Virus record (IMG/VR): IMGVR_UViG_3300030376_000749
Span: 1 to 39,264 of that record
Source: a virus
Taxonomy: Duplodnaviria; Caudoviricetes
Length of the DNA stretch: 39,264 nucleotides
Reading direction: 5' to 3' (one strand)
Part shown: piece after piece, positions 1-8,492 of the stretch
How the letters are laid out: each line of letters begins with the position of its first letter
Position numbering within the stretch: the stretch's first letter is position 1
Notes under the pieces: generated by a model
The model's input: the letters and a program-made list of their open reading frames with translations, nothing else
What the model was told of the DNA's origin: nothing
Databases searched by the model: none
Made by a program: the position numbers and the translations under genes

Positions 1-37
1 TTTGTATAAAAAAAATAATAAATAACCATATTTTCAT
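1..37 (-). CDS. Start of a probable exported protein, cut by the window edge (MKIWLFIIFFIQ...)
   Basis: ATG at 37 directly after the stop of the 38..418 ORF; Lys followed by a hydrophobic run, like the neighbouring signal peptides. Confidence 0.4.
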   Translation of the reverse strand, partial: MKIWLFIIFFIQ

Positions 38-418
38 TTATTCTACTTTAGAGCAAATCCGTGAAGTAACTATGGTTCTTTGCCCTTCTCCCTTGAAAGA
101 TTTAGAGCTTGTGCAAATATATGTCACTCTCTCTAAGTCTGAATTTCGTATGTATACCTCAAACGGATATTTTTTTGTGTGTTTTACTTTCATTAGTTTT
201 GACGTTGAAGCAAATGGTATTTCTTTCCAATCTCCTGTAAATACGCCAATCTGATAATACGAAGTGTCGTCACGCCTATTCCATAACAGCATCTTTGTGA
301 CACTTACGCCAGAAATATGCGAATAACTAAACTTTGGGTATGCTGGAGTCATTTCATGCGCTTGAGCTTGAAACGCCCATAAAACAAACCCTAAAACTGT
401 TGCTATTTTGCCACACAT
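38..418 (-). CDS. Exported protein, PapD/fimbrial-chaperone-like
   Basis: Signal peptide ending AQA|HEMTPAYP; beta-rich; two C-terminal Cys; adjacent to a pilin-like gene. Confidence 0.55.
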   Translation of the reverse strand: MCGKIATVLGFVLWAFQAQAHEMTPAYPKFSYSHISGVSVTKMLLWNRRDDTSYYQIGVFTGDWKEIPFASTSKLMKVKHTKKYPFEVYIRNSDLERVTYICTSSKSFKGEGQRTIVTSRICSKVE

Positions 419-900
419 GATGCAACGATAGTGGCCGTATAAGACCCTGAAGGGAAAGCTCGATTGTAGCCGTATTGAGCGGATGATGCGACTGTAAAAA
501 ATGTTGTTCCTGCCAAGGTCATGTCAAAGGTTGTCGTATTGCCCACAACCGTTTTGCCAGTTTCATAGGCACTCATTCCAGAGGCGCTGCCAGAGGTATA
601 TACACTGCTACCAGTCCACGCCAACGTATCAGAAAGCGAAGGTGAGGAACTAAAGCTATTTGGATGAGTAATGGTAATTTTGTATTTATCAGCCGTTCCG
701 ATTGTTGTTTTTATCACGGCTGGCTGTCCTCCCTCAGATGGCGTTGTTGAGAGTCTCCATATATTTGGCACACCATATTTTCCTGGGGTTGTCGTCACAA
801 TCGAGCAACTTGCCTGAACTGTTCCTGTGATTGGCGAATTGACTGCCCAAGCGCAAGTAGTTGAAAGCAAAAATATTAAAGGTGTTATTTTTTTAATCAT
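403..900 (-). CDS. Exported fimbrial/pilin-like (Csu/SCPU-type) protein
   Basis: Signal peptide (AWA|); N-terminal ITGTVQASCSI and C-terminal GSYTATIVASC resemble chaperone-usher pilin ends; Thr/Ser/Gly-rich. Confidence 0.55.
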   Translation of the reverse strand: MIKKITPLIFLLSTTCAWAVNSPITGTVQASCSIVTTTPGKYGVPNIWRLSTTPSEGGQPAVIKTTIGTADKYKITITHPNSFSSSPSLSDTLAWTGSSVYTSGSASGMSAYETGKTVVGNTTTFDMTLAGTTFFTVASSAQYGYNRAFPSGSYTATIVASCVAK

Positions 901-915
901 GTTATCTCCGTTTGT

Positions 916-1803
916 TTAGTCGTCATACTGAGAACGAACCATTTTTCTATGAACGCTGTCTTGAGCAAAGCTTCTATATGCTCTGACATTATCTTTAAAT
1001 TCCCCACCATCCATTTTTAAAACATCATTATACTCTCCACCATCTATATCACGACTGTAGTATAATTCAAGTTTTCCTACTTCTACGAACTCTTGTAACA
1101 TTTTTGCCTGTTCTACTGGGTCTGCTACTTCTTCTGCCGCACCTGCTACAGAAAGAATTTCTTCTATACTCATTTCATCACTCTCTTCTTCTGCTTCGAG
1201 TTCCTCAATTTCCATTTCTTCTAACTCTGCCTGTTCATCAAGTCCTATTTGCACCCATTCGTTATAATAAGGGTCGTCTACGTTTCCTCCTGAAAGCAAA
1301 TCGTTATCCAGTAAATATTGATAAACGGCATCCTTGTAATTAGGACAGCTTGGGTCGTTGAGTGGTGTGTCGCAGGGGTCAAACTTATAGTGATATAATA
1401 TTATAACATCTGAGAGAGACCCATCCCCAGTAACTTTTATTTCACCATCACCAAAGAGAGTTCCCAGCGTCGAGGCCATTGGGTCGTATTTAATCTTCGT
1501 GCCGCTGGGCAAGTTGTTCCAATCGTCTACATACTCATAGACATTGTCGTCACTACCCACTTTTTTATTTGTAATAGAGACAGTTGAATCTGTAGTTGCA
1601 TCTTTGGTTATTGTGTATTTGTGAAACACACCCTCGATTGTCAAATTATTTTGAGCTGGGAGTAGGTTATTCATTACCCATGTATGTGCATCTGAAGCCG
1701 CGTTCTTTGTGTTGCCGTATACGTTTTCAGAGTAACAGTAGTAAGGCCAAGAAAAGACCGCCAATGCCAGCAGCCCCACGAGCTGTCGCCTTATCGTCTT
1801 CAT
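916..1803 (-). CDS. Exported acidic protein of unknown function (start corrected to ATG 1803)
   Basis: AAGGAGG upstream of ATG 1803; signal peptide MKTIRRQLVGLLALAVFSW; CDTPLNDPSCP motif; Glu-rich C-terminal half. Confidence 0.7.
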   Translation of the reverse strand: MKTIRRQLVGLLALAVFSWPYYCYSENVYGNTKNAASDAHTWVMNNLLPAQNNLTIEGVFHKYTITKDATTDSTVSITNKKVGSDDNVYEYVDDWNNLPSGTKIKYDPMASTLGTLFGDGEIKVTGDGSLSDVIILYHYKFDPCDTPLNDPSCPNYKDAVYQYLLDNDLLSGGNVDDPYYNEWVQIGLDEQAELEEMEIEELEAEEESDEMSIEEILSVAGAAEEVADPVEQAKMLQEFVEVGKLELYYSRDIDGGEYNDVLKMDGGEFKDNVRAYRSFAQDSVHRKMVRSQYDD

Positions 1804-2335
1804 CCCATTCCTCCTTTTTACCTGCAACATACCCAGGCACTAAATGTGGATTGTTTTCCCACTCTATCCTTGCTTCTTCACCGACCTTCCCGTTGATGGG
1901 ACAAAATGTGGAAGCATCCCACATCGCCTGCCATACACGTTTGTCGGCACAAAGACTCGCAATACTAGCCACCTTAAGCCCCATATCATAGAGAGTGATA
2001 CTATTGCGAAGTCTCTCACAATTAACGTCTCTTATTGTTTTGCCTATAGAGATTCCAAGTATCTGAGTTTGAACCGCCCCTGTAGCCGCGATATGACAAG
2101 AAAGGTTTCCAGTAGCGTTTATATTTGGAGCCATTGCCGAAGGTGGTGGAGACTTAACTGTGGTCGTACTATCAATCGTAGAAGTTGTATTGCTATTGGT
2201 ATTAGAATTAGTCTCAATGCAATTACTATTTGTTGCGCTGTCACAGCCCTCATCTGCATAGACCATAGGCACTAACACCATTAAAAATAACAACGCTAAA
2301 AATACCCAAGTTAAATATAACACAGATTTTTTCAT
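1727..2335 (-). CDS. Exported Cys-rich protein with C-terminal membrane anchor (conserved marine phage family)
   Basis: Signal peptide; PPPSA..C..GAVQTQILGIS..NCERL..LYDMG..LC..CP pattern recalled from marine phage hypotheticals; hydrophobic C-terminus. Confidence 0.75.
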   Translation of the reverse strand: MKKSVLYLTWVFLALLFLMVLVPMVYADEGCDSATNSNCIETNSNTNSNTTSTIDSTTTVKSPPPSAMAPNINATGNLSCHIAATGAVQTQILGISIGKTIRDVNCERLRNSITLYDMGLKVASIASLCADKRVWQAMWDASTFCPINGKVGEEARIEWENNPHLVPGYVAGKKEEWDEDDKATARGAAGIGGLFLALLLLL

Positions 2336-2338
2336 GTT

Positions 2339-2641
2339 TTAATCCTTATTGGCAAACGCTGACCCTGTCAGGATAGCACCAAATGCCAGATGAAACAATC
2401 CACCCCCCAATAACGTGAATGGCTCGTGTTGCCCTGTCAGCTTTTTCATCAATTCCATTTGAACCATTGGCTCTGACGTAGCGTTAATAATATCCATGAA
2501 TTGAGAGATGTCTGGCCTATTTAATCCCCACCACACTGGGCAGAACAGGAAGTCATAGAAGCAAATTAATAGGTAAAATATAAGTGCAGTCCACCTCCAA
2601 GTCAGCGTGGACTTCTGTTGAGCTGTGAGTTCTTTGCTCAT
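2339..2641 (-). CDS. Membrane protein, 3TM-holin-like
   Basis: WRW..LIFYLLICFYDF..P and PFTLLGGGLFHLAFGAIL; two hydrophobic segments. Confidence 0.6.
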   Translation of the reverse strand: MSKELTAQQKSTLTWRWTALIFYLLICFYDFLFCPVWWGLNRPDISQFMDIINATSEPMVQMELMKKLTGQHEPFTLLGGGLFHLAFGAILTGSAFANKD

Positions 2642-2743
2642 TTAAATGCAGGGAGGAGTACACATCGCTTTATCTACCCCATAAAATATTATGGCAATGA
2701 ATATTACCAGTGCCAACCCTATCCATATCCATTTGTTTTTCAT
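2642..2743 (-). CDS. 33-aa single-TM membrane peptide (MKNKWIWIGLALVIFIAIIFYGVDKAMCTPPCI)
   Basis: Hand-translated, not in the ORF track; ATGA-coupled to the upstream ORF and fills the gap exactly. Confidence 0.6.
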   Translation of the reverse strand: MKNKWIWIGLALVIFIAIIFYGVDKAMCTPPCI

Positions 2744-2862
2744 TTTTTACTCCAAGTACAGAAATCCTTACCAAGTGTCATCGGACAGTCTAATGTAAAG
2801 CCTGTGCATCCCGACAAGAAAAGAGTGAGTATTAAGAGATATTTACTGTATGTTAGCCGCAT
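2740..2862 (-). CDS. 40-aa lipoprotein (MRLTYSKYLLILTLFLSG|CTGFTLDCPMTLGKDFCTWSKK)
   Basis: Hand-translated; lipobox LSGC; AAAGGA upstream; stop overlaps the next ATG. Confidence 0.6.
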   Translation of the reverse strand: MRLTYSKYLLILTLFLSGCTGFTLDCPMTLGKDFCTWSKK

Positions 2863-4894
2863 CTAAAATTTTCCTTTTAGCACTTGGCTTTATATCTTTG
2901 GTTATATTTTGTAATGCACCTGCATTAACTGACATAAAGTCTGTTGAAAATGGATTAGCCTTATCACCAGCGACAACTGCCGCTGATCCACCACCGCCAG
3001 TTATTAATTGACCAGCTTTAATTAATCGACGTGTTAAAGCCTCTAACGCCTCTTTATTACCCAAGGCATCTCTTATAACGGCAGGATCTTCACCCATTAT
3101 GAGTTTAGCGACATCCGTTAATTGCTCTTGAGATAGGTTTTTTGATTTTTCACCCATTAAGTTTCTAGCTAAACGGAATGCAGAAAACATCCCAGGGTTT
3201 GCAACAAATTCTGCCATATTTGCGGCTATTGCACCTGTACCAACTCTTTTAGTACCAGCGTCTGTTATTGCAGTTGGAGACCCCAGTAAAACTTTTCCTT
3301 TACTAATATTAGCACCAGAAGCTAAATCTACTTTTCTTAACAGTTCTTCTATTTTTTCTCCAGGGTATAAAGTCTCTATTATTCTTCTTTCTTTAACATT
3401 TAAATCATTTAAGCGATTAACAAATGTTGTCGGTGCGCCTGAACTTGTTGATGTCTTGTTTCTTACTGAAGCCACAACACCTTGCCTAAACGCCTCTAAA
3501 GTTTCTGCATTCCCAGTTGAAACAAGTTCCTCAAAGAATACTTCTGCATCGTCGGCAGACTTACTAAATATCTTTTTACCTTCCTCAAATGCATCTTTAG
3601 CTGATTGTATGGCAGACCATTTTGCCCTGACAGCCGCAAGCTCTGGGGAGTAATCATCCAGCAAAGACCTTAAAGACAATTCTGTATCTCTAAGAACTCC
3701 ACCCAAAGTTCCCTTTGCGTTGTTATATGCATCACTTGTGGCGTCTTTTACAGCTCGTCTGATTATTTCCGCATCTTCAAGGGTTAATTCTCTTGAAAAA
3801 GTTACTGCCTTTGTTTTTTTGTTTACATTAAATAATGATGGTAAACCTTGCGCTCTCATAATTTTTTCTATGTATGTTCTAGTTTCTGGCAACCTATTAA
3901 TTACGTTAGTTAGGCTGTCAACCAACTCAGGTGCTGACCTTAGCCCAATTGGAGCCGCACTATCAAACACATCTTGATACGCATCACTTGCCATACCTTC
4001 AAGTTGTTTTGTTTTAACATTGACAGCCATTGTAACATTATTGCCCCCACCAATAGGTGCTAAGTCACTTGCTATAGTATCTGTGACATCCCCAGTTAAT
4101 GTCTTTGCACGTCTATTTAAGACGTCAGCTATTATCTGACCTCCCTCACCACTTGTAGCGTAAATAGCTCTTACGGCATTTCTTGATTGCTCATTTAAAT
4201 CAGCTACTATTTTACCATCTGCAATTTGTTTTAAAAGGTCATCAACTGCGGTTGGATTTGTTACATCAACCCCACTTTCAGTAAGAACACGGACAAGCTC
4301 ATCCTCAACTTCCTTGCCAACCTGACCACTCATTTTTCTGGTAATGTCACTAAATAAGTATTTAACAGCAGGTGATAAAGCTGAGATTAATTTTTGAGTT
4401 GCTGGGTTTAAAACAGCACCCAAGGCGGCCTCATCTAACCCTCCAACAAATCTTTCGGTGACACCGCCTTCTCCAGTTCCCATGCCGTAAACTAAACCTT
4501 CACCCACGCCTATTGCACCAGCTCTTAAAAGACTTGGAGCCATACTTCCACCTGCGGTAAGGGGAGCCGCTACCAATCCAGGTATAACTGCTCCACCTAT
4601 TTCATATTTAAGACTTCCTGGTTTTGCTTGAGCTGTCTTTAATTTTTCTCGTTCTTGCTCAATTGCGTCTTTAATGTCCACACCACTACTGACAGCACCT
4701 TTTATGACACCAATAATTTCATCTGAAAAACCAAGCGAAGCACCCTGGCTAACTAAGCGACCAATTTCAGCCCAACTTAATCCTGTCTCCTCATCAATGT
4801 TGTCATTAGATTCTGTTTCTTTTGGTTTTATTTCAATATCATTAAGCTCTAATGAATCTCTTGCAATTTCCTCTAAAGTTCTAATTTTTTCCAT
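2843..4894 (-). CDS. Large internal virion/DNA ejection protein
   Basis: 683 aa, helical and Ala/Gly-rich with hydrophobic Gly-rich segments; last large gene after the tail module, as in podovirus ejection operons. Confidence 0.65.
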   Translation of the reverse strand: MEKIRTLEEIARDSLELNDIEIKPKETESNDNIDEETGLSWAEIGRLVSQGASLGFSDEIIGVIKGAVSSGVDIKDAIEQEREKLKTAQAKPGSLKYEIGGAVIPGLVAAPLTAGGSMAPSLLRAGAIGVGEGLVYGMGTGEGGVTERFVGGLDEAALGAVLNPATQKLISALSPAVKYLFSDITRKMSGQVGKEVEDELVRVLTESGVDVTNPTAVDDLLKQIADGKIVADLNEQSRNAVRAIYATSGEGGQIIADVLNRRAKTLTGDVTDTIASDLAPIGGGNNVTMAVNVKTKQLEGMASDAYQDVFDSAAPIGLRSAPELVDSLTNVINRLPETRTYIEKIMRAQGLPSLFNVNKKTKAVTFSRELTLEDAEIIRRAVKDATSDAYNNAKGTLGGVLRDTELSLRSLLDDYSPELAAVRAKWSAIQSAKDAFEEGKKIFSKSADDAEVFFEELVSTGNAETLEAFRQGVVASVRNKTSTSSGAPTTFVNRLNDLNVKERRIIETLYPGEKIEELLRKVDLASGANISKGKVLLGSPTAITDAGTKRVGTGAIAANMAEFVANPGMFSAFRLARNLMGEKSKNLSQEQLTDVAKLIMGEDPAVIRDALGNKEALEALTRRLIKAGQLITGGGGSAAVVAGDKANPFSTDFMSVNAGALQNITKDIKPSAKRKILDAANIQ

Positions 4895-6300
4895 TATTTT
4901 TCTCCGCTAGAAGGGGAATATGCTTCTCTTTCTTCCTTTGACATACTTAACCACATTGCATCTATTGTGGTATTATCTTTGTTTGCAGCATTAAAAACAT
5001 CAGGATTCAAATAAAACCAAGGGGGAGCAGTTTCAACACCAAAAATATTTTGGGGGGTAAGGTTATAATTATCAACTGCTTGACCTAAGTTTAATCTTGT
5101 TTTATTTTTAAGGTCTATTGATGCATCTAAAAATGATTTTGCAAGTTTTAAGAAATCTTTTCTTTGATCAGCACTTAATATAGATCCTTCTTTTAGTTGT
5201 TCTATTTTAATTGCAAGTTGATCCATAGCACCAGCAGTTCCCTGTGCAGCTTTGAACTCACTTTCACGGACAACAGAACCAGGATCTAACATTTTCATAA
5301 AGAGAAACACTGCCGCCATGTCTCCAACACCTTTTTTCTCAGTAATTATTTCATTTCCATTTGCGTCATATTCTGGCTCTAAAGCTGCTTTTAATTTTAA
5401 ATAATTACCTCGAACCTCTGCGTATGGAAGATTAACTTTATTCCATTCGGTTCTGAGGTCTTTTTCAGCACCAAATTTGTCTTTGTCAAAACCTGCTTTA
5501 TTTTGTAAAGCCTTAATTTCAAGCAGAACTGCTTCATGTTGATCAGTACCAATTTCGTAATTTTTAAGGGAATCATATAATTTTAAGATTGTTGGTTTAG
5601 ATGAGCTTGCATCCTCTTTAACTTCAGGACCAACAAAGTTTTGTCCTAATGAAAATTGATCAGACGTTAAAAGAACATTTCCTAGAGCATTTCTTGTAAG
5701 ATTTAAACCGAGCTTTTTGTTAAGTAAAGCAAGGTTTTCTTCCGTAACACTGTAAGCCTTTGGAGCAACAGTGTTTGTAGGCTTTGTGTATTTAATAAGA
5801 GCTGATGGGTCTGCTTTTGCGTAAAGAAGAGCATCCGCAGTAGACAACGTAACAATATCTCCTGCCTTACCAACTCCATCAATATCTTTATTTAATTTGT
5901 AAGATCCTGATGTCGTTGTACCAGCAGTCGGTGGTTTGAGTGCAGTAGCCAGTTGAACTGCGAGTGGACCTCTGGCTCTTTCTAATTCTCTATTTCTTTT
6001 ATTGACTTGAGCTAAATAATCAGCCGCAGTGGGTAATGCCTCAGCCGCAGCACTCAGTGCAGTTGACCCTGGTTTAGCCGCATTCGCACCCATTTGAGAA
6101 AAGAACCTGATGGCTAACTGAGCTGGGTCAACCTTTTCAGTTGCAGGGGATAATGCCTGTGCGCCAGCAATAGCCGCTAAAGCTCTTTTTTCTCCCTCAG
6201 TACCTCCACCAGCAAGTTGAGTTAAAAGGCTTTGAAGTGAGCCACCCTCTAGTAAGTAAGGATTTGTACCTGATCCACCAAAAACTTCATCTTGCGCCAT
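4894..6300 (-). CDS. Internal virion/ejection protein
   Basis: 468 aa; C-terminal FMKMLDPGSVVRESEF motif recalled from phage ejection-cluster proteins; TAATG-coupled to the next gene. Confidence 0.6.
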   Translation of the reverse strand: MAQDEVFGGSGTNPYLLEGGSLQSLLTQLAGGGTEGEKRALAAIAGAQALSPATEKVDPAQLAIRFFSQMGANAAKPGSTALSAAAEALPTAADYLAQVNKRNRELERARGPLAVQLATALKPPTAGTTTSGSYKLNKDIDGVGKAGDIVTLSTADALLYAKADPSALIKYTKPTNTVAPKAYSVTEENLALLNKKLGLNLTRNALGNVLLTSDQFSLGQNFVGPEVKEDASSSKPTILKLYDSLKNYEIGTDQHEAVLLEIKALQNKAGFDKDKFGAEKDLRTEWNKVNLPYAEVRGNYLKLKAALEPEYDANGNEIITEKKGVGDMAAVFLFMKMLDPGSVVRESEFKAAQGTAGAMDQLAIKIEQLKEGSILSADQRKDFLKLAKSFLDASIDLKNKTRLNLGQAVDNYNLTPQNIFGVETAPPWFYLNPDVFNAANKDNTTIDAMWLSMSKEEREAYSPSSGEK

Positions 6301-6314
6301 CTAATTATCCTCTA

Positions 6315-7664
6315 TTATGTATTACTATAATATATACCCAGACCTGTACCCAACGCACCAATTGACTGACCGTAAACTGATGGATTAGCCGCGTACTGTT
6401 GTTGTAGGGCGTTACTATAGTTTGTCACGTTGTATGGTGTTCCCTGGAGCGCACCAAGGGCAAAGTTAACCATTTGCTGAGGGTAAGCCCTCTGATCCTG
6501 ATAGTCAGCGAAGGCCATGTCTAAGGCCATCTGATCAAGTCTCCGTCTGGCTTCACCAGTTGATATTAAACCAGCCGCAGCTTGCTCCTGCAATCCCTGA
6601 ACCATCGGAGCCATATTTTGGTATATGTTTTGCTGAGTTTGCCTTGCACCTTCCTCAGTTGCATATGCACTTCTGAGAGCGTCTTCAGCACCAAATCTGG
6701 ATGCCCTGTCAGCGTCATACTGACCACGCATGACATCTTCCGCACCAAATCGAGCTGTTCTGTCTTGCTCTGCCCTAGACCTAAGTGCAGATTCAGCACC
6801 AAAACGAGCTGACCTATCTTGCTCAAATCCAGAACGCATTGCAGATTCAGCACCAAAACGAGCCGCCCTATCTGCCTCAGCTCCAGCACGCATTGCTTGT
6901 TCTGCCTGAAACCTACCTGCCCTGTCCGTGTCAAATCTATTTGCCGCAAAGCCTAAACCTTCTTGAGCCGCCCTTGCCCTCAAGTCACCTGCCGCAGTTG
7001 CACCCTCAGAACCCAACATGGCCTCTGAAATACCTAATCGAGATCCACCAAACGCACCACTTCGAGCCGCACTTGCCCTTGCTTGATTTTGTGCAAGTTG
7101 CGTCTGACGCTCAATTTCACGAACCGCTGGGTCTGATGCGCTTTGATACATATCCAAATATGGCTGTGCTGATTCTATGCTAAATGGGTCGCCAAGTAAC
7201 TCCTCACGAGTTGCACCTTGGTAATCCCCAAGCAATTCACTCCTAGTCGCACCTTGGTAATCCCCAAGTAAATCTTGCCTAGTCGCGCCCTGGTAATCAC
7301 CAAGCAATTCACTTCTACTTGCACCTTGATACTCTGGACCTAATAACTCTGATCTAGATGCAGAATCATAGCCCTGACCTAAACCTCTCGCCAATCTCTC
7401 AGATTCATTTAGGTAAGGTTCATACGAGCCAGCACCCTCAGATAATATACTTGCGGCCTGTCTTTCTTCTGGCGTTAATTTTGATCCGTCGTATGACGCT
7501 ATTCTTGAGCCAGAATACTGTGGGTATGGAGATCCAGCTATCGCTGCCGCATTTTCAAATAGAGCTTTACCACCTGCCGACACCCAAGCTGGAAGCGTTG
7601 TGCCTCCTACCGTTTCAGTGTAACTAGGTAAATTTGTATAACTCTGCGCGCAAAAACCACCCAT
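6315..7664 (-). CDS. DNA transfer/pilot-like ejection protein with two internal repeat arrays
   Basis: 449 aa, Gln/Ala/Gly-rich; central AARSGAFGGSR motif; C-terminal Gly-rich hydrophobic tail. Confidence 0.65.
   Translation of the reverse strand: MGGFCAQSYTNLPSYTETVGGTTLPAWVSAGGKALFENAAAIAGSPYPQYSGSRIASYDGSKLTPEERQAASILSEGAGSYEPYLNESERLARGLGQGYDSASRSELLGPEYQGASRSELLGDYQGATRQDLLGDYQGATRSELLGDYQGATREELLGDPFSIESAQPYLDMYQSASDPAVREIERQTQLAQNQARASAARSGAFGGSRLGISEAMLGSEGATAAGDLRARAAQEGLGFAANRFDTDRAGRFQAEQAMRAGAEADRAARFGAESAMRSGFEQDRSARFGAESALRSRAEQDRTARFGAEDVMRGQYDADRASRFGAEDALRSAYATEEGARQTQQNIYQNMAPMVQGLQEQAAAGLISTGEARRRLDQMALDMAFADYQDQRAYPQQMVNFALGALQGTPYNVTNYSNALQQQYAANPSVYGQSIGALGTGLGIYYSNT
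6657..6926 (-). repeat. Five 54-bp (18-aa) coding repeats, DRxxRFGAExxxRxxxxx
   Basis: DRAGRFQAEQAMRAGAEA / DRAARFGAESAMRSGFEQ / DRSARFGAESALRSRAEQ / DRTARFGAEDVMRGQYDA / DRASRFGAEDALRSAYAT. Confidence 0.9.
7188..7364 (-). repeat. Five ~36-bp (12-aa) coding repeats, GA[ST]RxELLGDYQ
   Basis: SASRSELLGPEYQ / GASRSELLGDYQ / GATRQDLLGDYQ / GATRSELLGDYQ / GATREELLGD. Confidence 0.9.
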
Positions 7665-8105
7665 TTAACTAACCTCCGTATATAAAGACCCAGCCTTCAC
7701 AAGACCCAAGCGTCCAAAGAATTTATCTTTTCTTTCAAAGTCACCAGAATAGACGTGACCTAATTTGATTTTCATATTAGCTTCATTTCCAATTTTAATA
7801 AAGCTCTTTACTAATTTTATTGCGACAGATGAATTTCTGCTATCTGGCAAGACGTAAAACCACATGTCTGATAAGTGCATTTCATCTGACCACCAGTCAG
7901 AACCAGCCATACCGCCTATAGACCCAACAATTTTATTTTTGACTTCAGCGAGTAACACAACGCCTCTGTGAATTGCAGTATTTATAGCACCTATTAACTT
8001 TTCAGGATTAATCGGGGCAACAGACATAACTGTCTCCTTGTGCATTTTATCTAACAAGATATACAATGCTGAGATATCCACTGGTGTTGCCCTTCTTATG
8101 TTCAT
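7665..8105 (-). CDS. GNAT-family N-acetyltransferase-like protein
   Basis: MNIRRATPVD start; WFYVLPDSRNS motif A region; FFGRLGL near the C-terminus. Confidence 0.8.
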   Translation of the reverse strand: MNIRRATPVDISALYILLDKMHKETVMSVAPINPEKLIGAINTAIHRGVVLLAEVKNKIVGSIGGMAGSDWWSDEMHLSDMWFYVLPDSRNSSVAIKLVKSFIKIGNEANMKIKLGHVYSGDFERKDKFFGRLGLVKAGSLYTEVS

Positions 8106-8491
8106 CCCATTGCGCCTAACGCACCGACTTCCTCTTCAGCCATCATCATAGGCTCTTCAGGCATCATTTGACCTTCGATTTGCTCGATAATAGAAGTTAA
8201 TTCTGGGAGAAGTCTTTTCAAGATATTTGCAATCTCTGGCGTTATAGCACTGTCAAGCATTGCTAATTCTTCGCTGGACATATTTACCAATCGAGCCATT
8301 AATACAGCACCAATTTCTTCGCTTGGCCTCATAAGCTGTGCAACTGCATCTGGAGTTAAGCCAACCATTTCCTCTTCGGGCATAGGCATATCTCCTTCGG
8401 GCATAGGCATATCTCCTTCGGGCATAGGCATGTTTTCTTCCATTTGCATATTTGCGCCATCCATCGGTGGCATTTCTGGTGGCCGTGCCAT
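8102..8491 (-). CDS. Small acidic Met/Pro/Glu-rich protein ending in GALGAMG
   Basis: AAGGAG RBS; ATGA coupling to the GNAT gene. Confidence 0.75.
   Translation of the reverse strand: MARPPEMPPMDGANMQMEENMPMPEGDMPMPEGDMPMPEEEMVGLTPDAVAQLMRPSEEIGAVLMARLVNMSSEELAMLDSAITPEIANILKRLLPELTSIIEQIEGQMMPEEPMMMAEEEVGALGAMG
8374..8431. repeat. Perfect 21-bp tandem repeat, ~2.8 copies (cttcgggcataggcatatctc)
   Basis: Seen directly; encodes MPMPEGD units. Confidence 0.95.
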
Positions 8492-8492
8492 T

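Noticed and set aside
2642-2862. i-spanin/o-spanin pair
   Set aside because: Order is reversed, the periplasmic parts are too short and lack coiled coil, and the pair is far from the endolysin
2843-4894. Tape measure protein
   Set aside because: No major tail or tail chaperone genes are present; nozzle and pilot-type neighbours fit podovirus ejection proteins better
6657-8431. Regular repeats as a CRISPR array
   Set aside because: They are in-frame coding tandem repeats with no unique spacers and no cas genes
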